Origin: an uncultured Acidiferrobacteraceae bacterium
GTDB taxonomy: Bacteria > Pseudomonadota > Gammaproteobacteria > Arenicellales > UBA868
DNA: 64,000 nucleotides
Assembly (NCBI GenBank): GCA_964484965.1
Contig: CAZAHE010000004.1
Location: 829-64,828 of the forward strand
Reading direction: 5' to 3'
Shown piece by piece: positions 18,744 to 28,586 of this stretch. How positions within the stretch are numbered: the first letter of the stretch is position 1; each line of letters begins with the position of its first letter. The notes below the pieces were generated by a model. That model did no database searches. It saw only the letters and a list, made by a program, of their open reading frames with translations, and had not been told where the DNA came from. A program made the position numbers and the translations under genes.

Positions 18744-19997
18744 TCATCTGGAAAGAAAATCAAATGCGGTCAACGCGTGGACGGCAAAGACTGTCTGAAT
18801 GTCTTCAACCGTAGCAAATTCGTCAGCGGCACCCATGTTATGCGGTGTCACGCCATAAACTACTGATGGCACATCCTTTTGACGATAAAAGCGCGCATCA
18901 GAAAACCCAGGCCTGAGACTTGAAGTCACTTCTTTATTCAGAACAGCGCTCGCGTTGGCTCGAGTCAACGCGATAATTTCGCTGTCAGGGTCTGTCCAGT
19001 TGGCTTCGCAGGATGTGGAGATATTCCATTCAAGATCCGGTAGTTGATCGAGTTCTGGAGTGATCAGTCCCAATATTTCCTCCGTCGTCGTTCCTGGCGG
19101 TATGCGGATATCAAGCAGCGCACTTCCATTATCTGGAATAGTGTTGATGTTGATTCCACCGCTTATCTGTCCCAGGTTGACTGTGATCCGCAGGACCGTA
19201 TCGGCTTCACCTTCAATGCCCATGGACTTGTAGGTGCGATCAGCTTCCTGCACCGTCTGCGAGATTTGCGAGGGAATTGAACAGCGGTGCTGTTCAAGGT
19301 CAAGTACAGGTGCTATTCCTTTTAGTAGGGAAAGAATTGCGTTGCGCCCCAAATGCACGTGTGCACCATGGCCGGCTTGTCCTGTGGATTGGAGATTAAG
19401 CCAGACAAGCCCTTTTTCGCCAAAGCGGACGATCTCAGGTGATCCTGTGTCGCCGTTGATCATGGCATCACCTGTCGCATCATCAATGTGGCCAAGCAGG
19501 TATTCGGTGCCCCAAGTGCCGCCGGTTTCTTCGTCCCCGACCAGCGTGAGTACGGCTTCGCCTGTCCAGCTATCCCTGAATTCGGCGAGTAATAGAAAAG
19601 CCATGACCGATGCCGCTACGCCGGACTTCATGTCGCACGCACCGCGGCCAAAAACCTTGCCCTGACGTCGTTCTCCACTCAGAGGCTTGACGGTCCAATT
19701 TTGTTCATCACCGATCGGAAACGTATCAAGATGGCCGTTAAACACTAGCCTGCGGCCCGGGGTTTTGCCCTTCACCTTGGCAACCAAGTTCACAATGGGT
19801 GGCTTTGGACTGATGCGCCGGCACTCGATGTCGACTGAGTCGGCGAATACTGACTCAACCTTGTCAACCAGCAATGTTGTGTCGCTGGGTGGATTTTGAG
19901 AATCGATGCGAATCAATTCCTGGCACAAAGCGACGACTTCACTTTGGCGGGCGGCGATTCTTGCTGCAAATGCCTCTCGTTCTGTCGCTGAGTTCAC
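18744..19997 (-). CDS. M20-family metallo-deacylase (ArgE/DapE/ACY1-like)
   Basis: FNGHLDTFP, GRGACDMKSG and VGDEETGG motifs. GTG start overlaps the upstream TGA (GTGA at 19994-19997). Confidence 0.85.
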   Translation of the reverse strand: MNSATEREAFAARIAARQSEVVALCQELIRIDSQNPPSDTTLLVDKVESVFADSVDIECRRISPKPPIVNLVAKVKGKTPGRRLVFNGHLDTFPIGDEQNWTVKPLSGERRQGKVFGRGACDMKSGVAASVMAFLLLAEFRDSWTGEAVLTLVGDEETGGTWGTEYLLGHIDDATGDAMINGDTGSPEIVRFGEKGLVWLNLQSTGQAGHGAHVHLGRNAILSLLKGIAPVLDLEQHRCSIPSQISQTVQEADRTYKSMGIEGEADTVLRITVNLGQISGGININTIPDNGSALLDIRIPPGTTTEEILGLITPELDQLPDLEWNISTSCEANWTDPDSEIIALTRANASAVLNKEVTSSLRPGFSDARFYRQKDVPSVVYGVTPHNMGAADEFATVEDIQTVFAVHALTAFDFLSR

Positions 19998-20992
19998 AAT
20001 AACCCCAGGGTCGCAACCCGCTCTCCTCGCGATACCGTTGACAGCGTCGTCGCGCGGACGAAGATTCCATCAGTTGGCGCATCTACGGTCTCGATCAGAT
20101 CGCCGTAGATGTTCACGATGGAACACAGTCGATCACCTTTTTGAACCTGGTCTCCCAGTTGAGCGCGTGGCAGCAACAATCCGCCATGCACAGCTCTGAT
20201 TCCAAGAAAGTCCGACATGACATAGCTCTCTTTGGGCGCCACAAGATCTCCGTTAATCATATCGAGCCATCGCATGACATTTTGAACGTATACGGCACCT
20301 TGATTGATGACTTGCTCTTCAAGGCGCCCGCCTTCACCAGTTTCAAAAGTAAAGCAGGGCACTCCAGCGCGGGTCGCTTCGACACACAAGATGCCATCGG
20401 CCACATAGATACCGGACTGTCCATTCATTATCCAGCCCGAACCAAATGCTTGCGCCATTTCAAGAGTTCGTAGTTGGACCTCGCCCAGCGTCGACGACGG
20501 CAGGATGGCAATAGGAACGTAGCGGCCACCCCGCGTCGGTGTGTGTATGTCAATGGCCCAGTCACAGCGTGTGACGAGCTCGAACAGGGTTGCTGCCAGG
20601 ATTTGCGCAAGATTGCCATTCTTATTGCCGGGGAACACCGTCCACGCATCAGCTGGTGCCTGGTCGAGTGGCGATTTCATGAATTGGGAGATAGGCAGCC
20701 GATGGTCGGCCTGAAAAGACAATGGATGCTGGACAGGAACAGCCACCACACTGCCACGGAGCTGGCCAGGATCAATCTCAGCGAGTGCGCGGAACACGAT
20801 ACCGACACCGTTCACCTCGTCACCGTGGATCGCGGCACCCAGATACAATAAAGGGCCTGGATGTGCGCCATGGATGAGATCCAGAGGGATCGAGACATCG
20901 GTGCCGTCAGCGAGTTGAACGAGGTTTATTCTGTGGCGTTGTCGTGTGCCAGGGGTAACTTTAATCCCGGCAATGTTGAGAGCTTCTACCAT
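19994..20992 (-). CDS. Succinylglutamate desuccinylase / aspartoacylase (AstE/AspA, M14-like) family deacylase
   Basis: Zinc motif AAIHGDEVNG; 332 aa; GAAGGA lies 8 nt upstream of ATG 20992. Confidence 0.8.
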   Translation of the reverse strand: MVEALNIAGIKVTPGTRQRHRINLVQLADGTDVSIPLDLIHGAHPGPLLYLGAAIHGDEVNGVGIVFRALAEIDPGQLRGSVVAVPVQHPLSFQADHRLPISQFMKSPLDQAPADAWTVFPGNKNGNLAQILAATLFELVTRCDWAIDIHTPTRGGRYVPIAILPSSTLGEVQLRTLEMAQAFGSGWIMNGQSGIYVADGILCVEATRAGVPCFTFETGEGGRLEEQVINQGAVYVQNVMRWLDMINGDLVAPKESYVMSDFLGIRAVHGGLLLPRAQLGDQVQKGDRLCSIVNIYGDLIETVDAPTDGIFVRATTLSTVSRGERVATLGLL

Positions 20993-21011
20993 CAGCAGTG
21001 TCCTTCAGCAA

Positions 21012-22490
21012 TCAGCTGCTGTGTCCTTGGGAGCGTGATGTTGGGGTCTGATAGCTGTTAAGGCAATCGTCAACGAGATTCGTGGTTCTTTCCCATTCAA
21101 AGGTACGGAACGCCATGCCCGTTGTTACCACGCTCGAGCCGGAGTAGAACATCTCATACTGGGTGTGCCGCGAACCGAATTCAGAGCCGATCGCATCCCA
21201 TGCGAGTTTGAAAAATTTTACCCGTTCCTCAGAACTTGCTGCCGGGGAATACTGTGTTTTCCCGATCAGTTCGGCGATCTCCGGTGCCTCGAAATCTGCG
21301 ATGCTCGAAGGCAGCATAATCATTCCACCGCCGGCGAGGTCCCGCAGCGTTTCAATGATCTTGGGATAGAGGTTCTGTGACTGAACCTGGGATGCGTAGA
21401 GCAGCTCTTTGTTGGGAAGATAGTATTCCCCGAAACGCCATCCCTTGACCTCCATGGCGTAAACGAAGGCCTCTATCACCTGGAGTTGCGAAGAAACCCA
21501 GCCTAATTTCTCAATGATTTGCGGGAATTTAATTGCGCCAGTCATCTCAGCAATGCGTTTAGCCAAACCGACCAGAAATCTGAGCTTAACGGTTAGTCGG
21601 ATCTCTGATTGATAATTCTGATACGAATGGGCGGGCGTGCTGTGCCATTGCGCGAACTGTGTCTCGATGTCACGGCACACGAATACTCTTTCCCATGGCA
21701 CTTTGACTTCGTCAAAATAGAGCAACGCATCGTTCTCGTCAAAGCGTTTAGAAAGTGGATAATCAAAAAGTGAAGTAGCAGCTGCTTCGTATGAACGCCT
21801 GGAAAGAAGCTTAAGACCTGCGGATTGCATCGGAAGTACTGCCGTAAACGCCCATCTCTCCTCGCCTTTGTTCATTGGACGAAGCGTCGATACGAGTACC
21901 TCGTCAGAAAGGACAGCTCCTGTACCCAGCATTTTGGCACCTTTAATAGTGATGCCCTCGTTGTCTTGGTCGCATATTGATACCGTCAGATCCGCGTTGC
22001 CACTTTCCGAACGAGATTTTGACCGGTCACCTTGTGGATCAATAATGACGTAAGAGACATAAAGGTCATTATCGCGGGCGTACTCATAGTATTCACGAAC
22101 TGCTGCAGCCCGGTCGTTGCCGTGCTGTTTGTAGATGTCGCTGCCCATGTAAAAAGCAGACAGGGTCGAGGCCACATGGTCCGGTGATCGACCCATGAAG
22201 CCAAAATGTGTCTCCGCCCACGAGGTTAGCGCTTCGCGTCTGTTGACGAGTTCGTTGTAATTTGTCGGCAATTGCCACATTCTGTTGACTTGTTCCCCCG
22301 TTTTGGGAGACCGATATGTCATTTTCTGTAAATTTTCTGCTGCGCTATGAAAATCATAGAGGGCGGCGATGGATCGGGCTGCTTGCTGAAAAGCAGGATG
22401 GGTCGTGATTTTCTCAACGCGCTCGCCGTCGAGAAAGACGGCTCGTTCATCGATCAGGGAATCGAGGTAAGCAGCACCGGTGCGTGCCAT
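21012..22490 (-). CDS. HpaB-family (4-hydroxyphenylacetate 3-hydroxylase-like) flavin-dependent monooxygenase
   Basis: Family-typical N-terminus ARTGAAYLDSLIDERAVFLDGERV. ATG 22490 is preceded by AAGGTGG. No Fe-S Cys ligand pattern, so it is not an AbfD-type dehydratase. Confidence 0.85.
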   Translation of the reverse strand: MARTGAAYLDSLIDERAVFLDGERVEKITTHPAFQQAARSIAALYDFHSAAENLQKMTYRSPKTGEQVNRMWQLPTNYNELVNRREALTSWAETHFGFMGRSPDHVASTLSAFYMGSDIYKQHGNDRAAAVREYYEYARDNDLYVSYVIIDPQGDRSKSRSESGNADLTVSICDQDNEGITIKGAKMLGTGAVLSDEVLVSTLRPMNKGEERWAFTAVLPMQSAGLKLLSRRSYEAAATSLFDYPLSKRFDENDALLYFDEVKVPWERVFVCRDIETQFAQWHSTPAHSYQNYQSEIRLTVKLRFLVGLAKRIAEMTGAIKFPQIIEKLGWVSSQLQVIEAFVYAMEVKGWRFGEYYLPNKELLYASQVQSQNLYPKIIETLRDLAGGGMIMLPSSIADFEAPEIAELIGKTQYSPAASSEERVKFFKLAWDAIGSEFGSRHTQYEMFYSGSSVVTTGMAFRTFEWERTTNLVDDCLNSYQTPTSRSQGHSS

Positions 22491-22603
22491 GGCTAAGACC
22501 ACCTTTGATTTGGTTTTTGTGACGCGGAAAATTATAGAAGTAATCGCTCGATCGGCGTGCCTTTTCAGTGTAATTTTCGATTATTCGTGAGAGAAGGAAT
22601 CCA

Positions 22604-23620
22604 ATGACACAGAACCACGACTGGCTGTTGCTTAATATAGAGGAAACACTGGATCCGGATTTGCCGATTTGTGACGCCCACCATCACTTATGGGATGGTC
22701 GTGACGATAGCGTCGAGCCGCGTTATCTGATCGAAGATTTTCTGCGTGATACCGGTTCGGGCCACAACATTGTCTCGAGTGTGTTTATAGAGTGCGGCGC
22801 GATGTATAGGGCAGAGGGGCCCGTTGCCATGCGGCCGCTTGGTGAAACGGAATTTGCAAACGGTATCGCTGCCATGAGCGCGTCAGGACAGTACGGCACA
22901 ACACAAGTTGCCAAGGCGATCGTCGGCACGGTCGACCTGAGGCATGGCGACCAGGTGCGAGATGCCCTGGAAGCGCACATTGCTGCGGCCAACGGCCGCT
23001 TCTGCGGAATCCGCCAGGCCGTCAATTGTCATGCAGATTCGAGTGTGCCTGACCACAGAACGGCACCGCCGCATGGCTTGTTAATGGATAGGGACTTCCG
23101 ATCTGGATTTGCACATCTTGCCGATTACGGTTTGAGTTTTGAAGTTTGGTGCTACCACACACAATTGGGTGAAGCGACTGATCTCGCTCGGCAGTTTCCC
23201 GACACGACCATTGTGCTTGACCATTTTGGTGGGCCATTGGGTATCGGTCCCTATAAGGGCTGTGCTGAATCGGTCTTTGCGGATTGGAGTCGGGACATTT
23301 CCGAGCTGGCACGCTGCCAAAACGTGATGGCGAAACTCGGCGGTTTGGCCATGCCCGTCAATGGATTCAACTGGCATGGTGGGAAGGCGCCGCCGACCAG
23401 CGATGAGTTGCTCAATGCCACCCGCCAATACTATGAATACACGATTGAACAATTCGGCGTTGATCGTTGTCTTTTCGAGTCCAACTTCCCGGTCGACAAG
23501 CTGAGCTGCAGCTACAATGTTTTGTGGAACTCGTTCAAGAAACTGACGGCACAATACACCGCTGGAGAGAAGGCAAAGCTGTTTCATGACAATGCCAGCC
23601 GCATTTACAAGATCGATTGA
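22604..23620 (+). CDS. Amidohydrolase_2 (ACMSD/decarboxylase/lactonase-type) metal-dependent hydrolase
   Basis: CDAHHHLW and IVLDHFGGP motifs; GAAGGA lies 5 nt upstream of the ATG. Confidence 0.8.
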   Translation: MTQNHDWLLLNIEETLDPDLPICDAHHHLWDGRDDSVEPRYLIEDFLRDTGSGHNIVSSVFIECGAMYRAEGPVAMRPLGETEFANGIAAMSASGQYGTTQVAKAIVGTVDLRHGDQVRDALEAHIAAANGRFCGIRQAVNCHADSSVPDHRTAPPHGLLMDRDFRSGFAHLADYGLSFEVWCYHTQLGEATDLARQFPDTTIVLDHFGGPLGIGPYKGCAESVFADWSRDISELARCQNVMAKLGGLAMPVNGFNWHGGKAPPTSDELLNATRQYYEYTIEQFGVDRCLFESNFPVDKLSCSYNVLWNSFKKLTAQYTAGEKAKLFHDNASRIYKID

Positions 23621-23663
23621 TCAGCGGCGGATGTGACGTTTTTCTAACCGACGAGGCGCTCTG

Positions 23664-24665
23664 ATGAAGCTTGTGATCTATCCGCCAGTGGATGAAATCC
23701 GCTTTGCATCAATTCAAGCGGTAAGCGAAATCATTGTGATCACGAATTGCCCTGACGAAGCGACTGCCGAATCTGAAATCAGCGACGCCAGCGCATTTTT
23801 TGGCAAGCTGACGCCGGCGATACTGGCGGCCGCGAAAGAGCTGCGCTGGGTACAATCTCCAACAGCAAGCCTCGAACATTTTATCTTCCCCGAGCTGATT
23901 GATCACCCGTGTGTCTTGACCAATATGCGAGGCATTTATTCGGATGTTATCGCTGATCATGTGCTTGGTTATGTATTGTGTTTCGCACGTAACCTGCATC
24001 TTTATCTGCGCCAGCAGGTACGTTGTCACTACGAGCCGATCGGGGGTGAGGCCGCGCGGGCGACTTTCGCTGCTGGGCCGGGCACCGTCAATGCCATTGA
24101 TAAGGCGCACCTGCATGTTGCGGACTGTACGCTGGGGATTGTTGGTCTGGGGGCTATTGGTCTGGAAATTGCGCGCAGGGCGCGGGCGTTTGATATGCGC
24201 GTCATTGCGGTCGACCCTGTCGACAAGGCGTTGCCAGAGGGCATCAGTGCAGTATGGCCGCCCGAACAACTCAATCGATTGCTTGAAGCGAGCGACTTCG
24301 TAGTGATCGCCGCACCGCATACACCTGATACCGAAAGGATGTTTCGCTCAGCACAGTTTGCGGCGATGAAGAACTCTGCTTATTTGATCAACATCGGCCG
24401 CGGTGCAATTGTCGATCTCTCAGATCTCGTCGTGGCTCTCAATGATAGTGAGATTGCTGGTGCTGCACTCGATGTGTTTGAAACGGAGCCGCTTCCGTCA
24501 GATCATCCCTTATGGCAGATGGCCAACGTCTTGATGACACCGCACGTAGCAGCAGCTTCAGTCCACATTGCTGAGCGTCACCTGGGGGTCGTCGTTGAAA
24601 ATGTGCGCCGCTTCGTGGCGGGCAAGCCGCTGATCAATATTGCCGACAAAACCCGTTGGTTTTGA
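23664..24665 (+). CDS. D-isomer-specific 2-hydroxyacid dehydrogenase
   Basis: GIVGLGAIGLEIARRA (NAD fold), NIGRGAIVD, and HVAAAS near the catalytic His. Confidence 0.85.
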   Translation: MKLVIYPPVDEIRFASIQAVSEIIVITNCPDEATAESEISDASAFFGKLTPAILAAAKELRWVQSPTASLEHFIFPELIDHPCVLTNMRGIYSDVIADHVLGYVLCFARNLHLYLRQQVRCHYEPIGGEAARATFAAGPGTVNAIDKAHLHVADCTLGIVGLGAIGLEIARRARAFDMRVIAVDPVDKALPEGISAVWPPEQLNRLLEASDFVVIAAPHTPDTERMFRSAQFAAMKNSAYLINIGRGAIVDLSDLVVALNDSEIAGAALDVFETEPLPSDHPLWQMANVLMTPHVAAASVHIAERHLGVVVENVRRFVAGKPLINIADKTRWF

Positions 24666-24711
24666 GGCGATCCATAGTCCTAAGTGTTCTATGTCCGAGT
24701 GGACTTGTTGA

Positions 24712-25017
24712 TCAGGCGTCTTGCAATACTTTCAAGGTTACTTTCTCCACCATATCCTTGACCGACTCTCGGTAACGTAGCATGTGAGGGGCTTTGCTGT
24801 GGGCTTCAAGTGCCGGCAAGTCTTGCCATGTTTCGATCATTGTAATAATGGAATCATCAACTTCCTGCGCAGGCATGCCGCTATCGGTATCGACCGCAGG
24901 GGTATACAGAATGCAGCCTGCTTCTGCTCGCACGTCTGCGAGATTGCCATGAATTGCTTTCAATACGTTGTCACGTTGTCCGGTCTTTACATGGATCGAA
25001 GCCAGTACATGAATCAT
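24712..25017 (-). CDS. ABM-domain (antibiotic biosynthesis / quinol monooxygenase-like) protein
   Basis: 101-aa ferredoxin-like beta-alpha-beta pattern (MIHVLASIHVKTGQRDNV...TWQDLPALEAH). Confidence 0.75.
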   Translation of the reverse strand: MIHVLASIHVKTGQRDNVLKAIHGNLADVRAEAGCILYTPAVDTDSGMPAQEVDDSIITMIETWQDLPALEAHSKAPHMLRYRESVKDMVEKVTLKVLQDA

Positions 25018-25044
25018 GATCGTGTTCTCCGCTTTGTTTTAAGG

Positions 25045-25062
25045 TGACTAGTCTACTAGTCA
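25045..25062. repeat. Perfect inverted repeat TGACTAGT-CT-ACTAGTCA
   Basis: Read directly. Overlaps the TauD-like stop codon (25060-25062) and lies 28 nt upstream of the ABM gene ATG (25017). Confidence 0.5.
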
Positions 25063-26019
25063 GTTGGCCTGGGTGCGCGACGGTGAAGCTCGCGCTCGCT
25101 CGTGTGCATCTCTGTATAAACGTGACGCTGGCACCAGGTGGTGTCTTGGCGACAGCCGGCAGGTCAGGCGTTTTAGCCAACGTAGCGCATTTGGGTCGAA
25201 TGGATTGCGGCGGTGCATGACCTGTCCGTTATCCCACATTACTACATCACCGATCTGCCACTGATGGCAATAGACGAATCGTTCATCTGTTGCATGACCG
25301 CTCAATTGCTCGAGTAAGGCTTTGCCGGCTTCGTCGGAATAGCCCTTAATACCAACCACCGTGGTCGGGTCGAGGTAGAGGCAGTCGCGCTGGGTCTCTG
25401 GGTTGCGGCAGACGAGCGGGTGCAGAACCGATGGGGTTTTCGCACGCAGCTGCTCCGACAGCGGCGCTTCATCGTCATAATGGCTTTGCCTCTGAGCATA
25501 GTCGTAGATCGCTTCGAGGTGGGCAATCTGTGTCTGTGTGGCTTCCGGTAAAGCGTCATAAGCTTGTTGCAGGCTGGCCCAATAGGTTTCACCGCCGGCG
25601 GACGGCATCTCCACCATATACAGCAGGGCGCCGGTAGCGGGATTGACCATGTAAGACTGATCCGAATGCCAGTCGAGTTCGCCGGATCCTAGGCCGCCGA
25701 TCGACTGACCCGAGGCGTCTTTCATGTTCGAGATGTGGATCACCTCTGCCTGATTTTGTGACTGCCAATCTGTGCGAACGATGATCGCAGTGTCCCCGAA
25801 ATGTGAAAAAAAACTGGTTAATTCGGCTTCGGACAAAGATTGGCGGCGAAAAATGAGCACGCCATACTTGCGCCAAGCTGTGCGCAGCGTGTTCAGCGTT
25901 GCCTCGTCAAGCGAGTGCCACAATGCCAGGCCCTCTACTTGGCAGGCAAAGTCACCTTGTAACGGTACAAGTTGCATATCCGCGTCTAGCCAATGGTGAT
26001 CACAGATTTCCTTCAGCAC
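25060..26019 (-). CDS. TauD/TfdA-family Fe(II)/2-oxoglutarate-dependent dioxygenase
   Basis: DWHSDQSY (HxD facial triad) and VMHRRNPF motifs. An alternative ATG at 25977 would remove the 20-nt overlap with the RidA gene. Confidence 0.85.
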   Translation of the reverse strand: MLKEICDHHWLDADMQLVPLQGDFACQVEGLALWHSLDEATLNTLRTAWRKYGVLIFRRQSLSEAELTSFFSHFGDTAIIVRTDWQSQNQAEVIHISNMKDASGQSIGGLGSGELDWHSDQSYMVNPATGALLYMVEMPSAGGETYWASLQQAYDALPEATQTQIAHLEAIYDYAQRQSHYDDEAPLSEQLRAKTPSVLHPLVCRNPETQRDCLYLDPTTVVGIKGYSDEAGKALLEQLSGHATDERFVYCHQWQIGDVVMWDNGQVMHRRNPFDPNALRWLKRLTCRLSPRHHLVPASRLYRDAHERARASPSRTQAN

Positions 26020-26398
26020 GGGCAGCCCATGCTTCGACTTCGATCACCATGTTGGGGTTGGCAAGACCGTCGATGATAACCAGGGTGCTGGTGAAAAGCA
26101 CATCGCCCATGACCTTCGTTCGGGCCGCGCGATAGTCTTCCACAAAACGGGCGTCGGTGAGATAGACGGTGCTTTTGACAAGGTCGCGCTTGTTCATCCC
26201 ATTGTCACGCAAACAGGCAACCAAATTTCGAAAAGCTTGTTCACACTGCTTGCGCGGGCTAGGTGCCAGCTTGCCCTTTCGGTCAATACCCACTTGACCT
26301 GAAAGGACCAGCCAGCGTGCGTTCACAGGCACGCTAATCGTGTGCGTGTATTGCCCGATTGGTCGATGTACTGTTGAAGGATTTGATTGTGTGTTCAT
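26000..26398 (-). CDS. RidA/YjgF-family (reactive enamine/imine deaminase-like) protein
   Basis: 132 aa with LSGQVGID and a family-typical C-terminus (EVEAWA). GAGGAGG lies upstream of the ATG. Confidence 0.8.
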   Translation of the reverse strand: MNTQSNPSTVHRPIGQYTHTISVPVNARWLVLSGQVGIDRKGKLAPSPRKQCEQAFRNLVACLRDNGMNKRDLVKSTVYLTDARFVEDYRAARTKVMGDVLFTSTLVIIDGLANPNMVIEVEAWAARAEGNL

Positions 26399-26491
26399 GT
26401 TGTGCCTCCTCTAAGGCTTAAAAAGGTTGTGTTTGTCGCGTTGAATTTGTTGCAGCGAGAGTGATGTATGCCATCATCCAACCAGTGGGTT

Positions 26492-27850
26492 CTAGTCTGT
26501 TCCTTTGCCATCGCCTCTTATTCCTCGACTAGCGGTCATGTGAGAATCCATAGACATCTCACCCGTGGCATTGGTGGGGTTCTCCCCCGTGCTGGTGTGT
26601 CGGGCTCGTTTCAACAGGTGGTATGCAATGGCGAGATTCAGAATGTTGAACAAGATTGCGTTAGCAAAAGATGCTTGGTAGGAACCGGTAATATCGTACA
26701 ACAGACCCGCGATCCAGCCGCCGAGTGCCATGCCAGAGACGGTGCTTAGCATTGCCATCCCGATCCTCCAGCCCGCTTCCGAAGCAGGCAGGAAGGTGCG
26801 CAGGATGATCGCATACGAAGGCACAATGCCCCCCTGAGATAAACCAAAGGCGATCGACACGCCGTACAGCCACGACAAACCGTTGTCACCAAGAAATGCC
26901 ACCAACACCAGCGCTTGTAATCCGGAGCCGATGAGCAAGGTTTTAAGGCCGCCGATGCGATCCGATAACCAACCCGACGCGATACGGCTGACCACACCAA
27001 AGCCAAGCATCAGCCCTAGCATTTCGGCACCGCGGGCTGCTGGATGTCCCAGATCAAGTACATAGGGTACGACGTGCACCTGCGGCACGGCCATAGCAAC
27101 GCAACAACCCACGCCAGCAGCACAGATCAGGCACTGCAGCGTGGTGGGCGTCATCGCGAGGCGACGCTGTGATTGCTTTACTGCTTCGACATCGTCAACA
27201 CCTTGACCAGCAGGTGCGCGCTTGGCAAGGAGCAGAGCCAGCGGCAGCATGGTGCACACTGCAAAAAAGGCCAAATCACTAAAGGTTTCGCGCCAGCCTT
27301 GCTGATCAAAGTAATGCTGCATCACCGGCGGCCACAACGCACCCGCTGCATAATTGCCGCTGATGACGATACCTAAAGCAAGCCCACGTCGGCGAGTGAA
27401 CCACAGCGAAGTATCGGCAACCAGTGGGGCAAATGTGAACGAGGCGCCGAGAAATCCACATAAGATTGCCAGCACCGTGCACATTTCAATAATTGATTGT
27501 GCGTGCGCGCACAGCAAGTAACCCGCAGGTAGAGCGAGGCTACCCAACAACGCCGGAATCAAAATGCCATTGCGGTCGGCCAGGCGGCCCATCACGACGC
27601 CGCCGATCGCGTAGCCGGCCATTACACTGGCGTAGGGCATGGAGGCGGCACCCCGACCGCTGCGAAATTCGATCGCCGCGGGTTCAAGCACCATAATCCC
27701 CGCGTACATTGCTGAAGCACCGATCGTCATCAGTGCCAGCGAGGCGATCAGGCGTATTACAGGATAAGAATTCGACACAGGCGGCGGTGCCAGAGACCCG
27801 CCGGTATAGCTACCATGCGGTATAGCCGCCGTCGACCAGCAGATCGGCAC
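26492..27850 (-). CDS. MFS transporter (start uncertain)
   Basis: 12 helices and motif A GRLADRNGI. The GTG start at 27850 would overlap the SDR gene by 41 nt. Confidence 0.75.
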   Translation of the reverse strand: MPICWSTAAIPHGSYTGGSLAPPPVSNSYPVIRLIASLALMTIGASAMYAGIMVLEPAAIEFRSGRGAASMPYASVMAGYAIGGVVMGRLADRNGILIPALLGSLALPAGYLLCAHAQSIIEMCTVLAILCGFLGASFTFAPLVADTSLWFTRRRGLALGIVISGNYAAGALWPPVMQHYFDQQGWRETFSDLAFFAVCTMLPLALLLAKRAPAGQGVDDVEAVKQSQRRLAMTPTTLQCLICAAGVGCCVAMAVPQVHVVPYVLDLGHPAARGAEMLGLMLGFGVVSRIASGWLSDRIGGLKTLLIGSGLQALVLVAFLGDNGLSWLYGVSIAFGLSQGGIVPSYAIILRTFLPASEAGWRIGMAMLSTVSGMALGGWIAGLLYDITGSYQASFANAILFNILNLAIAYHLLKRARHTSTGENPTNATGEMSMDSHMTASRGIRGDGKGTD

Positions 27851-28586
27851 CCGTCATGAAGGTGGCGTCGTCACAGGCCAGGAAGACTGCGCCACGGGCG
27901 ATCTCGTCTGGTTCGCCGAGGCGGCCCATTGGATGTTTAGCGCCCCAGATGCGCTGTGCCTGCTCGAGGTCACCGAAGCGTTGTACAAGCCGATCGGTCG
28001 CTACTCCTCCCGGGGAAAGCGTATTGACGCGGATGCCGTCCTTGGCATAGTCGAGCGCCATGCCCTTGGCCAACTGGACCAGAGCACCTTTGGTCGCGCA
28101 GTAAACACTCTGTCCGGCGTTGGCGACACGAGCCATTTGTGAGGCAATCAGGATAATTGTGCCGGCAGTTTGTTTAAGGTAGGGAATCGCGTACTTGCTG
28201 ACAAGGAAGCAACCGGTGATGTTCACGTCAAGCGCGCGTTGCCACTCATCTTGCTCAACTTCATGCATGGGCAGTACGGGTGAAAACACCGCGGCACCGC
28301 CGACGATTGTCGTGAGGCGCCCGAAGGCACTGACTGCGTGTTCAACAGCGTTGGATACATCGGACGCTTGACTGACATCACAGGTCACGGCCTCGGCTGC
28401 CCCGCCCGCCTCGTTGATATGTGCGGCGACAGCTTGTGCGGCTTCGCTATTGATGTCTGCAATGACAACTTGAGCACCTTCGCTGGCGAACCTCTCGGAA
28501 ATGGCTCGACCGATGCCATTGGCGGCGCCGGTCACGAGGGCGACCTTGCCCACAAGTTTGCCGGCATTATTCTGGGTACTGTTCAT
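27810..28586 (-). CDS. Classical short-chain dehydrogenase/reductase
   Basis: VTGAANGIGRA and YCATKGAL (YxxxK) motifs. The ATG overlaps the yajD-like stop (ATGA at 28583-28586). Confidence 0.9.
   Translation of the reverse strand: MNSTQNNAGKLVGKVALVTGAANGIGRAISERFASEGAQVVIADINSEAAQAVAAHINEAGGAAEAVTCDVSQASDVSNAVEHAVSAFGRLTTIVGGAAVFSPVLPMHEVEQDEWQRALDVNITGCFLVSKYAIPYLKQTAGTIILIASQMARVANAGQSVYCATKGALVQLAKGMALDYAKDGIRVNTLSPGGVATDRLVQRFGDLEQAQRIWGAKHPMGRLGEPDEIARGAVFLACDDATFMTGADLLVDGGYTAW

Noticed and set aside
23709-24320. 203-aa minus-strand ORF inside the 2-hydroxyacid dehydrogenase gene
   Set aside because: It is an antisense shadow ORF that is Arg-rich. The sense strand carries unambiguous NAD-binding and catalytic motifs.
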